Shown here: positions 16,398 through 29,799 of the stretch, in pieces
Layout of the letters: each line of letters opens with the position of its first letter
How positions within the stretch are numbered: the first letter of the stretch is position 1
The notes under the pieces: model-generated
Seen by the model: only the letters and a program-made list of their open reading frames with translations
Databases searched by the model: none
Told to the model about the DNA's origin: nothing
NCBI GenBank assembly: GCA_964016885.1
Contig: OZ024745.1
Span: 67,642,001-67,706,000, forward strand
Source: Eledone cirrhosa
Lineage: Eukaryota
DNA length: 64,000 bases
Direction: 5' to 3'
Made by a program: the position numbers and the translations under genes

Positions 16398-16490
16398 GTG
16401 TGTGTAAAAGGTAAACAGAAATATCAAAACAAACGGCACAGTACATGGAAGAAATGTATTAGTTTAACGCTTGAAATAGCAGGAAGAGAG

Positions 16491-16526
16491 TCTTAACGTT
16501 TCGGACACTAGTCCTTCATCAGAAGA
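16491..16526 (-). ncRNA. Minimal type I hammerhead
   Basis: UCUU-CUGAUGA-A-GGAC(UAGU)GUCC-GAAA-CG-UU-AAGA; a decayed copy of the same family lies at 48396-48431 (+). Confidence 0.75.
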
Positions 16527-17372
16527 TAGAGTTAGAAATAGAAGATAAAAAGAAAGTAAAGAGTGATGAGAGGAGGGAACGGGCAAAATGAGAAGAAAAA
16601 AAAATTTGAGAGAAAAAAAAACACGTGTGTATTCAGTCGGCCATCTTGGATGCGTGCGCGCGCGTGTGTTTTTGTATGTATGGTTTGTAGATATATACAC
16701 GTGGTTGGCGTTTATTTTCTAGGTTTGCATAAAGTGCGTTCGTGTGTTTGTGTGTCTGTCTGTGTGCTTTTAAAAGAAACCATAAACGTCAAAGGTTCCA
16801 ACACTTTCAATTGTGTAGGTAGTGTTAAACAAACAGGAAGTAATAAACTAAAGCGTTTGGAGACGGAATCGAGTCCTGCGACCTGCTAACATATATGCAA
16901 GCTCACGTCTACGTTTGTATTTGCATTAACTTTAGTATAGTGTCGTCTGTTTCTTTCCAATCTGTTGCAGTTTAAAAACTACTTTTTGTTTGACTGAGAC
17001 GAGAAAAATATAGACCAGTCACTAAGATTTCAACCCTTTAGATATGTTTGAAACTAGCCCTGCTTCTATGATATAAAACTGTCTGTTCTTAAGTGTTTCC
17101 ATCATAAGTATATGTAATAACCTCTAAGTTGTGTTCCAAACACCAGTTTAATTAACCAGTGTGTGTATGTGAGTGTTTTTGTTAACTGACCTTCTAAACA
17201 ACATCTTGATATTTTAAAAAACCATCTGAAACCATCCATAGTTCTATAATACTGAGCTGTTTTTATCTCAAAACTTTTCAGCATAATTTTATGTTAGAAC
17301 CTTTGTTAAGTTATGTTCCAAACACCAGATGAATAATGAGAAATTTAGTTATATTACTAAATCATTCCAAAT

Positions 17373-17580
17373 TCTTCTTCTTCTTGGGAGGGTTGCGGAG
17401 CAGAGTCCTCATGCACACCTTCTAATGGGTTATGTCAGAAACAACTGTCTCTAATTGATCTGACGGGATCCCCAAGCGAGACCAGCCAACCTCACGGATC
17501 ACCTGACAGTTGGTTTTGTCTGTAAAATTTATCCAGCGATTCTTTCTTGAGACATTCTAGTATCTTGAGATAGCCATAGT
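17373..17580 (-). mobile_element. LINE 3' fragment with (GAA)n tail
   Basis: (TTC)n at the left end. The minus strand reads TRMSQERIA..KPT, resembling an RT C-terminus. Confidence 0.45.
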
Positions 17581-18444
17581 ATCGGAGCTGTGATCTCTCA
17601 AAATTATTTGAAAATCATAAGCAGTGACTTCCATTCGAAATATATTAAGTTTGTAGTAGATATATGCAGGAGAGATCTTAAATGTGAGGAATACAAAATG
17701 CTAAAATTAATAGTCTATCAAATGATAAGCGAGGAAAACTGTACAAATTACTTAAAATCTTTTTCTATTTACACTACATAAAATTAACGTAATGTTACTA
17801 AGTAGAAAAATAATATACATAATAACTCGAACATTAATTACAATTAAAATAATATAATGTGGTGTGTTTGTTTTGTGTAAGTATTAATGAATGTTAGGCT
17901 AAGTGGTAAATACCTTGTGTAAGCATAATTCTTTTGTTTCCAAGAATACGCAATACTTTGTGTCTTAAAGAGAAGTCATAATGAAAGACATTGTTGCCAG
18001 GAATAACTAGCGAAAAAATCCCCACGTTTCTAACAGACAGGAAGAATTTAAAAGATTCTTCAAAGACCTGAATTTTTCTATCGAGTTTTATAACATGCTA
18101 TCACTTGATCTAAAAGTTCTAGAACATTCTAAAATTAAAATAAAAAGGTTGAACATAAAATTTTTATATGGAGTTTGACAAGTTAATGCATCGAAAGAAT
18201 GGACACCAATCAAAGGTAAAAACATTATTCAATGAACAAGGTAACTCCACTTGTTTAGTGTGTTCGAAAGCAGAGTAAATCAGTGCTACAAGTTAAAAGA
18301 AACTTAACAATAGTGGTGGGTTCAATTCCTAAACCAGACAGAGTGTTGTGTCCGTGAACAAGATACTTCATTTCACGTTTCTCCAATCCACTCAGCTGCA
18401 AAAATTATTATCAACAACACCTAGGGGTTATCGTGTAAGCGCAA

Positions 18445-18518
<74 letters not shown>

Positions 18519-18989
18519 GTTTTTTCTGGTAGAAATATCAGTGCTTTTCTGAAGGCAGGGAATTAGATTTGAACTCTGAACACACAGAAATGGAACAGAT
18601 GCAGCAATACACCCCGACTCCACCCCGCCCAACTCTAATAATTCTACCAGTCTTAGGATTTATATTACATTTTATCGACCCCGAAACGATGAAAGACAAT
18701 GTTGACCTTATTGGGTTTGGAACTCAGAACGTAGAGTGTCGAAACATATACCGCAAGACATTCAATCCGTCACTTTAACAATTCCACCAATAGATTGGTA
18801 CTTTATTTATCGACCTAGAAAGAATGAAGGGCGAAATTGACCACGACTGGATTTGAACTACAGAAAATCGGAACACATACCACAAAGTATTTTTCTTGAC
18901 GCCCTAATAGCTCTCAATATATCTATAGTAGTAAGATTCCTTAGCGATGGTACTAACACTCATAATAAGGATTATATGGACCGATGTAC

Positions 18990-20357
18990 AATATGTCTCA
19001 AGTCTTTCCAGTTTTTCATACTTCAGTATCTCAGAATAAGTAAGCCTCTGCTGAAAATGAATAATCATCTTGAAATACATGCCTACAACGCTCTTGTCTG
19101 GTTACTGAGGTAGCTGTGATATGACCATAGCTTAAAATATTCACAGCGAGACTACAAAGTTATTCACTTCTTTGAGAACATTTGCATGAATTTAGTACGA
19201 CGCGTAAGCCAGCTTTATTTGAGAAATGGGTGGTGTGGATAATCCTTTGGCTCTTCTTGGTGTATCTACTTAATCCATCGTTAGCATCGATGGCTACTTT
19301 CATAAGAGGTCTGAAACGTTGACATGCCCGAATCATTATATTTATCTATTTTGGACATTGTGCTAGTTATGGTGGTCTTCAGGGATTTTATAGTGTTATG
19401 GAGGCATTGATTGCCCTATACGCAGTAATCCAACGGTTTTGGGTGGCTAAGAAGCTATATGTTTTGGGTGACGTAATCATGGAGATTGTAATTTATCCAT
19501 TCTTGGGTCGTCGTGACCATATGAAACGATGCGGAGTCTTGTTGGAGGTGTACGGTCTTCCTTTGATCATACTCACTGTCTAAGGCCACACAACTCTCTC
19601 AAAGACCCCTTTATAGTCAGCAGAACTGACCCATAAGTCCTGAGAAATGAAGTGAGGGGGCATAACATCTCCCTCTTTGCTCACGATATACAGAACCATC
19701 ACAGTGGCCAGAAACGTTGTGTGCATGACCATTAGAATGCCTTTAGGATCTCTACATGGCCATCTGTCATTCCTTCAGTTGACCTTTTGGTCCTGATCTA
19801 AGTTTTCCTCATCAGAGAAAAGCGAAAGCAATCCTGACGCTTGATTTTTCAACTTACCCAGCAAACGCTTTACGTTGATCAGAAGCTTATTTTTTGTTTT
19901 TGCGGACATGAATTAACCTCTCCGCATCACATATGACTTGTATCGAATGTCCTCATGCATAGTTCTTTCGATAGTGTGACTTGAAATCTGAGCTCCTTCG
20001 CAATATTGTTGACTTTCTGGGCTTCTTATCTATAATCTTCCGTACTAATTTGGATGTTATGATTATAATAGGACCCTTAGAAGTCGTTTTACGTTTATCT
20101 ACGACTGTAGACTCTCCGTCAAAGGCTTCCAGCTCTTTGCAAACTTTGATAACACACTACCGTGCAACTTTCATGAAACGAGCAATCTCTATCTAAATCA
20201 CTATACACTGTCTTTAAGTTAACGATTACAGCGTCTTTTTATTTCCTGAGTTAGATTGATATCTGTTATCATTTATCTGAAAAGAAATGATAATAAGTTA
20301 GAAAAAAAGTTACAGCTATTAAAAGAGGTGTTCTCAAACAACTGAAAATCCTGTATA
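18990..20357 (-). mobile_element. Decayed Tc1/mariner-superfamily transposon (maT/DD37D-like)
   Basis: Minus-strand fragments FSDEENLDQDQKVN*RNDRW..TVMVLYIVSKEGDVMPPHF, QQDSASFH..TQEW and IRACQRFRP..VAIDANDG. Ends are approximate. Confidence 0.8.
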
Positions 20358-20599
20358 TGTCCGTTTAATATAAATAAACATGTATATGGATTAATATGAG
20401 CTTTCATTAAAATTCGAACGAAACAATGGATATTCTGTCTTTTTGTTTTGTTCTTTAACTCGTCTAAATTACATACTTATTGCTAACAAAGATCTTCATA
20501 ATTTAATTGATGGGATAATGATTAATGTAATTAAACAGTTTCAATGTAATTAGTTGAAAACAACAGCTGTAGTAACTCAGTGTTCTTTGTGTCTGTTCA

Positions 20600-20959
20600 C
20601 ATGATATCTTCCTGATGGTGGTTGTGGTAGTCTTTGACTAAACTTAAATTTCCTTGTGATTTCATGGCCGCCAGATGTCGCTGTAGGTCTGAAGCACGAT
20701 ATGTATCTAATCTCTTGATGTTACTGTCGGAGATCGTCTGAAAGAAAATGACATCTGTGTAATTATTATATTGTTACAACGCTTATTGTTTGCATTGTAA
20801 CTTTAATCCGCACTACAATATATAAGGACCATTTTGTACCTGTTTTTCTGGCAGCAGTAGCTACTGAGCAGAATTCTGCTGAAAGGTTTTGTTGTTCTTG
20901 TTGTTTTTTCCACTGGCAAAATAACATATAAAGCCGAGAAAAATCAGTTTTCTGCATAT
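20600..20959 (+). other. Possible non-coding 5' exon of the glycosyltransferase gene
   Basis: Unique sequence ending at a GTAAGT donor (20960); acceptor ttgttgtttttcAG at 22615-22616 upstream of the ORF. Start is a guess. Confidence 0.35.
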
Positions 20960-22831
20960 GTAAGTATACAATTGAATGTGAGTATTTTTCGATATAGGCG
21001 CCGTTCAGTCTGTTTCGCTATTGAAAGATCAATTTGCTGGCTTCAGTCTTAATTCACGTTTGTTTCAGATAACCTCACACATACAACAGAAGGAAACGAA
21101 AGTTTCAAGAGAAGAAACTTGTTCAAGATGATTTTTTTTTTAATGGATACTTAAACTGGGGCTTAGTGGTTAATGTTATCGGTTCGCAATTGTAAGGTTG
21201 TGAGTTCGGTTCCCAACAGTGCATTGTGTCCTTGAGTAAGACACTCATTTCATGTTACTCTAGTCCATTCAGCTGGATAAATAAATTGTACTTATAATTC
21301 AATGGGCCAGATTTGTCACGCATTGCGTCACGCTGTATCTCCCTAAGGAGATGTGTCTGTGGTTTAATCGAATATAGCGTTCTTCTACAAATACTTCGTG
21401 TGTGTTGAACCTCCGTCGGTTTCGACGACGAGTGTTTCAGTTGTCCGTACAACAGAACAGCTTGCTCGGAAAATTAACACGCAAATGGTTGTGTACCCCG
21501 AACGCAGTTCTCAGGGAGATTCAGTGTGTCAGTGACAATGTGTATGGCAATGCCTGGTCGTATGAGCTGCAGCCTCACATCCGCACTTGATTCCCACTCC
21601 GAATTGGATAGGGCTTAGCGCCTCGCTCAGGTTGTCTTTGACTCACTTGCTGCAAGTCATCGAAAGATGTCCACTGTGATAAGAGCGGACGCCTCCGTCA
21701 TTCTTCCTCAGGGCGGTCAGACTGGCTGAGATTGAAAGGGTTAACTCTAAGGAATATTTATTGATTAAACATATTTTGGCAATGGTTAAAGTCTTTCCCA
21801 AGCCTAGAGGTTCACCGGGTCAAAGCTTAACCCGGTCCTGTTGGCGTCACGCCCCCACTTCCCTTGAACGGGACGTCGACGCGTCGCATGATTAACCCCC
21901 TGCTGCTGTTAGTACTTATTCTTTCAGATGAGTGGACTAGAGAAACATGAAATGTCTTGCTCAAGAATACAATGCGCCATCGCTTCGAGAATTGAACCCA
22001 TGACCTTACGATTAGTGTTTAGAATGACCTTAACATTTTAACCACTAAGCCGCTGGCCTTCACCGTAAACGCATTTACATGTTATGTTACGACAGAGAAA
22101 TTTTTATTTTAAGGAAAGAAAGAAAGAAAGATAAGGCGCCGATCGCTAGATCGGACCAATGAAATCGTGTTTCTATTACTCCTAATATATGCCGATCGCA
22201 CCTCCTAGCCGAAACATCACAGCTTTTCCAGTGACAGAAAGCAGGATTTGAATTCAGAATGCACAGAGCCGGAAGAGACGCTTTAACAATTTTGTCAATC
22301 TACCCTCCCTGAGCTGGTACTTTATTTATTGACTCCGAAATGATGAAAGGCGAAGTTGACCTCGGATTTGAGCCCAGACTACAGAGAGCTGGAACAAATA
22401 CCACGAGGTATTTAATACGACACCTAAATTATATATTTGATATTAAAGGCAACTTAGAAACAAAAACGTAATTATATTGCCATGAAATTTCTTAAAGATA
22501 GTTTAGAAATTAAGCCACGTATGTTTTTCTTCTTCCAATTTTTTTCTTTTCTCATTATTTCTTGATCTAAGACAATCAATATTGCTCAATAAGGTTTTAT
22601 ATTTGTTGTTTTTCAGGCAGTTTTTAAAAATTCTGTTTGCTTTTTTCCTAACCTTAAAATTGATTATCATTACGTCCGCTGGCGCTTCCGTTTCTTTGTG
22701 TCCACATCACACAACTAAAGGTGAAACGTGTGTGTTACTAGGAACATATGTCTTACCATCGATCTTATCATTTAATATAATGACAACACACCATTTGCTT
22801 AGAAATAACAGTCTCTCTAACGATTTCTGTC

Positions 22832-24196
22832 ATGGCTTTAAACAAAAAGTCTCGTTATTTCCTCATCTTTATAGCCCCAGTTTTAACGTATATTATTCTC
22901 TCAATATATTTCAAGAAACTCCAACACAAACAACAATCACTGAACCGCAGTTCTCACAAACAGTTTAAAAGTCATCCTACACTATCTAAACGGAATGAAG
23001 TAATCAATGACAGCAGTGACAGAAAGGGTTCACAACTAGTGATACATGATGTCGTCAAACCAGTTGTAGTTGATGAAATACACGAGGAGTTTCGGGGAGA
23101 AAATAATGATATTATACAAGAGAAATTCATTGAACCTGAACTAAAAATTGAAGAAGTTTTAAAAAGAAACCAACCTAAAAAAGAAACCAAACTAAAAAAT
23201 GAAGATAAGATTGAACATATTTCTAAAAAAGGGAGTGTGAATTTAAATGAAGATAAGATTGAACATATTTTTGAGGAAAAGTTCATTGAAAACCCGATTG
23301 TTGAGCAAGAACTGAAAGTAGAGACTCCGAAAAAGAGAAAAGAAAAGATTTCTAAAATGGAAAATAATCCAATTTCTATATTAAGGGAACCTGATATGAG
23401 ATGGTGCCAGAAATTCCGTGCACGGATTTTGATTTTGATATTCTCGCGACCAGAACATAATTACGAAAGACAGATAATTCGAAAGACTTGGGATAAAGAT
23501 TTACCCAGAGAAATGTATGTCATATTTGTAATTGGAAAGTCTGAATTTAATGAAGATACACTGGAATCGGAGGAAGAATTTCAGGATATACTTCAGGGTG
23601 ATTTTAAGGACCACAGACGATCTGAAACAACAAAATTTATGATGACATTATTTTGGTTTAGTCAACTACAAAATGTTTGTAAAGTCCCAAAGCTGGTCCT
23701 TAAAACTGTGGATAGCATTTACATAAATGTAGCTGCTTTCCACGAATGGCTACGAACTAAATACACAGCTACTAAAAACGTCTATTTAGGCAGAGTTGTG
23801 AAAAAAGATCAACCAAACAGAGATCGAGCAAACCCCAGGTATGTTCCAAAGATAGCTTTTCACCACTATATGTTTCCGGATTATCTAAACGGACCTCAAT
23901 ATTTATTTTCGTCAGATGTTGTTCAGAGAATGTCGTATGTTTCAAAACTAGTTTTTCCTATTGCTGTCGAGGACGCATATATCGGTTTACTTTGTGATCG
24001 TCTGCAAATAAAACCGACGCAAGACGAAAACTTCCATCTTCTTATGAAGACTGCCAATGTGTGCATTAATTCCAAACTTCTTTTCATTTTCTGTAAATCT
24101 GCCAAAGAAATGAACAGATTACACAGACAAATAATTAGCAGCAAGAAATCCTATGAATGTCAGCTACCACGAAGTAAGAAACATCTTGGTTTGTGA
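22832..24196 (+). CDS. Beta-1,3-galactosyl/GlcNAc-transferase-like protein (CAZy GT31), type II membrane protein, 454 aa
   Basis: Intact ORF with N-terminal TM (YFLIFIAPVLTYIILSIYF), charged stem, then ILILIFS.P...RQIIRKTW, FVIG, DILQGDF.D, VLKTVDSIYIN, YLG, FPDYLNGPQYLFS and EDAYIG. A single coding exon is typical of this family. Confidence 0.92.
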   Translation: MALNKKSRYFLIFIAPVLTYIILSIYFKKLQHKQQSLNRSSHKQFKSHPTLSKRNEVINDSSDRKGSQLVIHDVVKPVVVDEIHEEFRGENNDIIQEKFIEPELKIEEVLKRNQPKKETKLKNEDKIEHISKKGSVNLNEDKIEHIFEEKFIENPIVEQELKVETPKKRKEKISKMENNPISILREPDMRWCQKFRARILILIFSRPEHNYERQIIRKTWDKDLPREMYVIFVIGKSEFNEDTLESEEEFQDILQGDFKDHRRSETTKFMMTLFWFSQLQNVCKVPKLVLKTVDSIYINVAAFHEWLRTKYTATKNVYLGRVVKKDQPNRDRANPRYVPKIAFHHYMFPDYLNGPQYLFSSDVVQRMSYVSKLVFPIAVEDAYIGLLCDRLQIKPTQDENFHLLMKTANVCINSKLLFIFCKSAKEMNRLHRQIISSKKSYECQLPRSKKHLGL

Positions 24197-25450
24197 TTTG
24201 CATATTATTGAGTTGCCTACTTCAGTACATCATGGTTTATAGTTAGAAAATCCTGTAAAGTCGTTTGGTAATTGTGTTTGTGAAATGTATGGAGAATGTT
24301 TCGATGCTAAAGGAGATTTACTACACTAGTCTTCACTGTCTGTTTAACAGACGATCACATGTCTAAACACGTCACGATCTGCTGCTCAAGTCTTTTACAG
24401 TTGCGATCGTCGTTCGGTAATATGCCTATCTACCTTTATAATACTGTTAAAATTTATAAATATTTCAATTATTTTTAAACCCTCACATTATAATAACAAT
24501 TTTTTTTTTTTTTTTGTATTTTTTTTTATATAAACACAATGTTTATATATTATAAATGAAAAAATAACACCACGGGGAATTGAAACCCGGTCGTTACGTC
24601 GGCTCATACGAAACTTACATTTACTCTATAGTGCTAAACTAACTTGATAACAGTTTCTAATTAAGGCACGAGGTGATCAATTTGGTGGAAAGAGATATGT
24701 CGATTACATCGACCTCCATGTTTTCATGGTACTTTATTTTATCGACCTTTATAAGGTTAAAAGTTTTAACTGATCTCGGCGGGATTTGAACTCAAAACGC
24801 AAAGGGCCGTAACTGATTGCCACGAGACATTTTATCCGACATTCTAACTCTTCTTTACTAACTTAATGGTTATTATAAATTCAACAGCTAGGGTGGTTGA
24901 TTGGCGGAATTGCTAGAACGTCAGACAAAATTCTTTGTGGCATTTAGTTACGACCCCTTTATGTTCTGAGTTCTAATCACGCCACGGGAAATTTTGCATT
25001 TTATCCTTCTAAGGTCGATAAAATAAAATACCAGTCACCTACTGTGGTCGAAGTAATCGACTTTTCCCCTCCCCACAAATTGCTGGCGTTGTATTTAAAA
25101 TAGAAATCATTATTGCTTCAATACCTGAACAACACCACAAATTTATTTTATCGACCCCAGAAGGATTAAAGGTAAAGTCGACCTCGCCGAGATTAGAACT
25201 TAGAACGTAAAGGGAAGTAAAGAAAAAATAGCACAAGCTATTTTGTTCGACGCTCTATTTTTTTTATTCTAGTACAAAAAAATAGGCAAAGAAACCACAA
25301 TTAAGAGGGAAGGTTTAATCGACTGCAGTACTTCACTGCTACTATATTTTTATTATTTTACTGAACTCTGGAAAAATGAAAAGCAGTATTTGAAAAAAAA
25401 GCAAGCATTTTGTCCGTCGTCCTACCGATTATTATAACCCACCGCTCTTA

Positions 25451-25691
25451 ATACATTAAGTTTTGAAAGCAGTTTATAGTAAAGTTGGGTTTTCTTTGTG
25501 GGTCTTCCAAAACTGAGACATGGCCAAAAATCCAAACCCCATTTATAAGCCGAGGCAACTAATCAACGCATTATGTTTAGATGGATTGGTTTTGAAATTC
25601 TCTTGAGTATAAAATATATTTATGAAGTTTTAATGTTATTTGTGTTTTTTAGTTTCCTTTAGTTTTGCTCGATTATTATTATTATTATTAT
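25451..25691 (+). mobile_element. Retroposon 3' end with (ATT)n tail; second copy at 44586-44819 (-)
   Basis: About 240 bp nearly identical in inverted orientation at the two loci. Confidence 0.7.
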
Positions 25692-26017
25692 TTGGCAGTA
25701 TCGGTAGAGGGTCGGACGCCATGCTTTGCAGCATAGAGTTACGGCCCTTTATGGTCTGAGTTCAAATCCCGCCGAGGTTAACTTTACCTTTCATCCTTAC
25801 GGGGTCGATAAAATAAAGCACCAGTAATACACTGGGATAATTGCTGGCCTTGGGTCGGACGCCATGCTTTGACGCATAGAGTTACGGCCCTTACCATTCT
25901 GAGTTCAAATTCCGCCGAGGTTAACTTCGCCTTTCATCCTTACGGGGTCGATAAAATAAAGTACCAGTAATGCACTGGGTAATTGCTGGCCTTGTGCCAA
26001 AAGTAGAAACAATTATT
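25692..26017 (+). mobile_element. Dimer of the dominant tRNA-derived SINE
   Basis: B-box gagttcaaatccc; central gcctttcatccttacggggtcgataaaataaagtaccag (Meta-domain-like); tail gccttgtgccaaaagtagaaacaattatt. Other copies: 27300-27475(-), 28313-28500(+), 39220-39411(+), 47980-48152(-), 50297-50484(+), 61602-61802(+), 62197-62381(-), 63002-63184(-). Confidence 0.85.
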
Positions 26018-26431
26018 TTACTGTGAAAGCTATAGGCGGAAATTGGCAGTTATTAGGGCGGCTCTTAGAATGTTTTGTTTTTGTTCATTCAATTGTCTCT
26101 TGCATTCTGAGTTCAAATTTCGCAGAAATCAACTTTACCTTTCATCTTTTCGAGGTCGATAAATAAAATACCAGGCTGATGTTTCTCCACCCCACCCCAA
26201 TACATTTCTCTTAGTTAATTAAAATTGTCAACACTATATTACATATGTAAAACCATATTTGTATATTTAGTATGTAGAACACTTCTCTGGGGTATATCCC
26301 TCAAACACATAAATATATAGATAGGTAGGTAGGTTGGTAGATAGATATATAGATAATAGATAGATATGTTAGATAGATAGATAGATTTCTTTATTAGCCA
26401 CAAGGGCGCAACAAGAAAAGGGGACAATACA

Positions 26432-26476
<45 letters not shown>

Positions 26477-27184
26477 GGCGTACGATGTATTTTGGGCATT
26501 ATAAACTTGGCGGAGCGCTGTCCACTCCAAATCTGAACACAACCAATTTCTGAAAAGGAGTGAGAGTTATACACGAAGAATTGATCTCAGTACTGGACTT
26601 GTACTTTTATTATAGACCTTGAAAGGATGAACGACAAAGCTGACCTTGGTAGGATTTGAACTCAGAGTGGAGAAAGTAGGAACGAATAGTGCAAAACATA
26701 TCCGACGTTCTAACGACTCTGCCAATTTCCTGTCTCACATACATACATATATGCATACATACATGCAAACATGCATACTCACACACACACACATTAAGTA
26801 GATATGTATGTACGTGTGCTTCTGTGAATGATACTAACGATCGGCAGTACCAACATGTGTGTATATGCAAGTTTGTTTGTCAATAAGTGTGCACGCGTTC
26901 GTGTTTGTGAGTGTGTATACGTGTGCGTGTGCACAGGTTCGTGTTTGTTAATGTGTGTGTGTGTGCATATTCGTAGTTTTTAATGTATGCGTATATGTAT
27001 GTATTCTTATTTGTGAATGTGTGCTAAATGCGAATTCTAAATGGAAAAGTTACCAGATGTCATCAGGTAACTTTGGACTAAATTATGTTAACTACGCTTT
27101 ACACACACATATACACACATACGCAAACACACACACGCACGCACATGCACATAGACGCGCGCGCTCATACACACATGCACACGC

Positions 27185-27222
<38 letters not shown>

Positions 27223-27999
27223 GTTTTGAGTTTAGATCACGACAGAGTTGACTTTATCTTTTCATCCTGCTCTAGAAATAAATATAATTATTTCTACATT
27301 AGGCACAAGGCCAGCAATTACCCAGTGTATTACTGGTACTTTATTTTATCGACCCCGTAAGGATGAAAGGCAAAGTTAACCTCGGCGGGATTTGAACTCA
27401 GAATGGCAAGGGCCGTAACTCTATGCGTCAAAGCATGGCGTCCGACCCTCTACCGATACTGCCAATCCACCGCTCTAGAAATAAATATAATAAATGCAAG
27501 TCATGTAATGATTATATTAAATCAGTGTTGTAAGCGGAACACAGGCATGGACAAATGGAGAAGACATTTTCTTCACAATAACCAGGTATGGCATGTTCAG
27601 TAAGTGTCCTTTACCAAAACCTCGGATCAATCCAAGTCTTATGATTGAAATTATGTAGACGGAAACTGGAAGGCCGTTGGATAGACTGTTCCTGTAATTT
27701 CAAGAACCATCTTTGTCCCACGATTATCACTATGCGAATTACGTTAAGGGTACACGTGTCTGTGGACTGCTAAGACACTTGCAAGTTAATTTCATAAGTA
27801 GGCTGTTCTGGTTAGCGAACAAGTGGAACACTCATCGTCATGTGGAGGGATTTTCTTTGAATAAATGTCATTTATAAATCGAGAAATAAATTATTAAATA
27901 TTGGTTCTTTTATTCACCTATATGACCACTTTACAGAGTGGACTGGGTGCTTTTGACTTAAATTCTTCTTCTACTTGTTTATTACAACTTTCTTCCAGC

Positions 28000-28245
28000 A
28001 TCTTCCACTGCAAGATGGTGGTGAAGGAGAAGTTGCTGGTGAGTTTCTGTGGCCATGTTGGGGCATCACTTTCCCTGGGTCATTGTTCACCATTGTGGAT
28101 ATTTCCACAACGCTGCTACGCAGTAAAGATGTGTAGCAATTTATTCGTGGATCATAGAAAATAACTTGGTTGTTCCAGCGCCTTAGCCTCGCTATCACCC
28201 GCAGTAACGTTGCCAGTATGTTGACTCGCCTCAAAAGGTATTAAA
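28000..28245 (+). mobile_element. CRE-like non-LTR element 3' fragment
   Basis: Translates WLFQRLSLAITRSNVASML, matching the C-terminal 'FQRxSxAxxRGNA' motif of CRE-clade endonuclease domains. Confidence 0.55.
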
Positions 28246-29071
28246 ACAGACTTATGATGTCTGTTGTTCCAGTCGTAACTGTCCAGGCTTTTCATTGTAT
28301 CAGACCACATTATGGATTGGCGGTATCGGTTGAGGGTCGGACGCCATGCTTTGCAGCAAAGAGTCACGGCCATTTATGGTCTGAGTTCAAATCCCGCCGA
28401 GGTTAACTTTGCCTTTCATCCTTACGGGGTCGATAAAATAAAGTACCAGTAATACACTGGGATAATTGCTGGCCTTGTGCCAAAAGTAGAAACAATTATT
28501 TAATGCTGTCCTTTTTTAATGTGTAATTTGAAAGAAATTTGGTTACTTTTTTTGCAGCTTCAATGACCACAGTAAATTATATATTTTATTTAATTATACA
28601 AATTAAACAAATAAACAGTAATCCATTAAGCTTTAGTAATGCACGACGATGCTTTGGGATCGCTGGCTTAAGAAGAAGAAGAAGAAGAAGAAGAAGAGAA
28701 TGCACCTCGCTGGTGTCTGCGCCCTTGGCGGTTACCTAGTTAGTCTAAAGGGAGCACTGTGCTTGCTTCTCCCCTTCCCCCTAACAATCTCGGTGCTTCT
28801 AAATAAGGTCATAGGTGCTGCCCTTCCCTCTTTGATTAAACGGGTAAAAAAACACAAACAGACGTGTCCTCACATTTCCATATATATACAAACGGCAAGG
28901 TGCTGTCTTAACTTCAACAAGAGGGCATTGTCATTTTCTTAATGACCCGTTTATAGTCTGTTAAGAGCTTGTATACATTTTAAGTAGAAAGTATACATAA
29001 ATACACGCAACTACATGAATACAGACACACATGCATATATTGTTGTTGGATCTCCGTCGGTTCCGACGACG

Positions 29072-29581
29072 AGAGGGGGAGAGTTTGGTGTTAATTGATA
29101 TAGAGAGAGGGGCTGGAAAAGAGTTCCGTCTAGTAGATATAAAGAGGGGGAGAGTTTGTTAATTGATATAGAAAGGGGGAAAGTTTGGTGTTAATTGGTA
29201 TAGAGTGGGTATTGTAAGAGTGTTCCGTGTAGTAAATATAGAGAGGGGGTTAAGAGAGAGTGTTTTATGGTTGATTTAGAGACGGGGAGAGTTTGGTGGT
29301 AATGAATAGAGTGAGAGGATTGATAGAGATAGGTGTTGATAGATATAGAGAGGGGGAGTTTGGTAGTGATGGATAGAGTGAGAGGAAATGAGAAAGTATT
29401 ATATGGAAGATATAAAGAGGGGGGTACTTTGGTGTTAATTGATACAGAGGGTTATTTGAAGAAAGTTCCGTGTAGCAGATATAGAGAGGAGGAGAGTTTA
29501 GTGTTGATATAGAGAGGGGGTTGAAAGAGAGTTCCGTGTAGTAGATATAGGGAGGGGGAGAGTTTGCTGTTAATTGATATA
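29072..29581. repeat. GA-rich minisatellite (about 35/70-bp units, gagagggggagagtttggtgttaattgatata), resuming at 35319-35400
   Basis: Degenerate tandem units on both sides of the LINE. Confidence 0.8.
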
Positions 29582-29799
29582 AATTTCTATTTATTTGCCA
29601 CCAGGGCATCAAAGATTGGGACAAATACAAAGGGGGGAGTTTACATACATTTAAAAAGACGTAAAAAACATATAACAAATTAAATTTAACAATCGATGTC
29701 CTCAATAGGGAGGGGCGTTGACAAGGGTCGCACACACCCCCGAAAAAAATGTGCAACCCTCCTCTTCAGGAGCACAAAGAGCGGGTGCTTCCTTCCTCT

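Noticed and set aside
19809-19815. CUGAUGA on the minus strand
   Set aside because: Codons of the transposase FSDE motif; no hammerhead stems.
22972-23286. Antisense ORFs over the glycosyltransferase, LINE and LTR genes
   Set aside because: Shadow frames of real coding sequence.
25692-25790. tRNA genes suggested by B-box sequences
   Set aside because: SINE heads; no complete cloverleaf.
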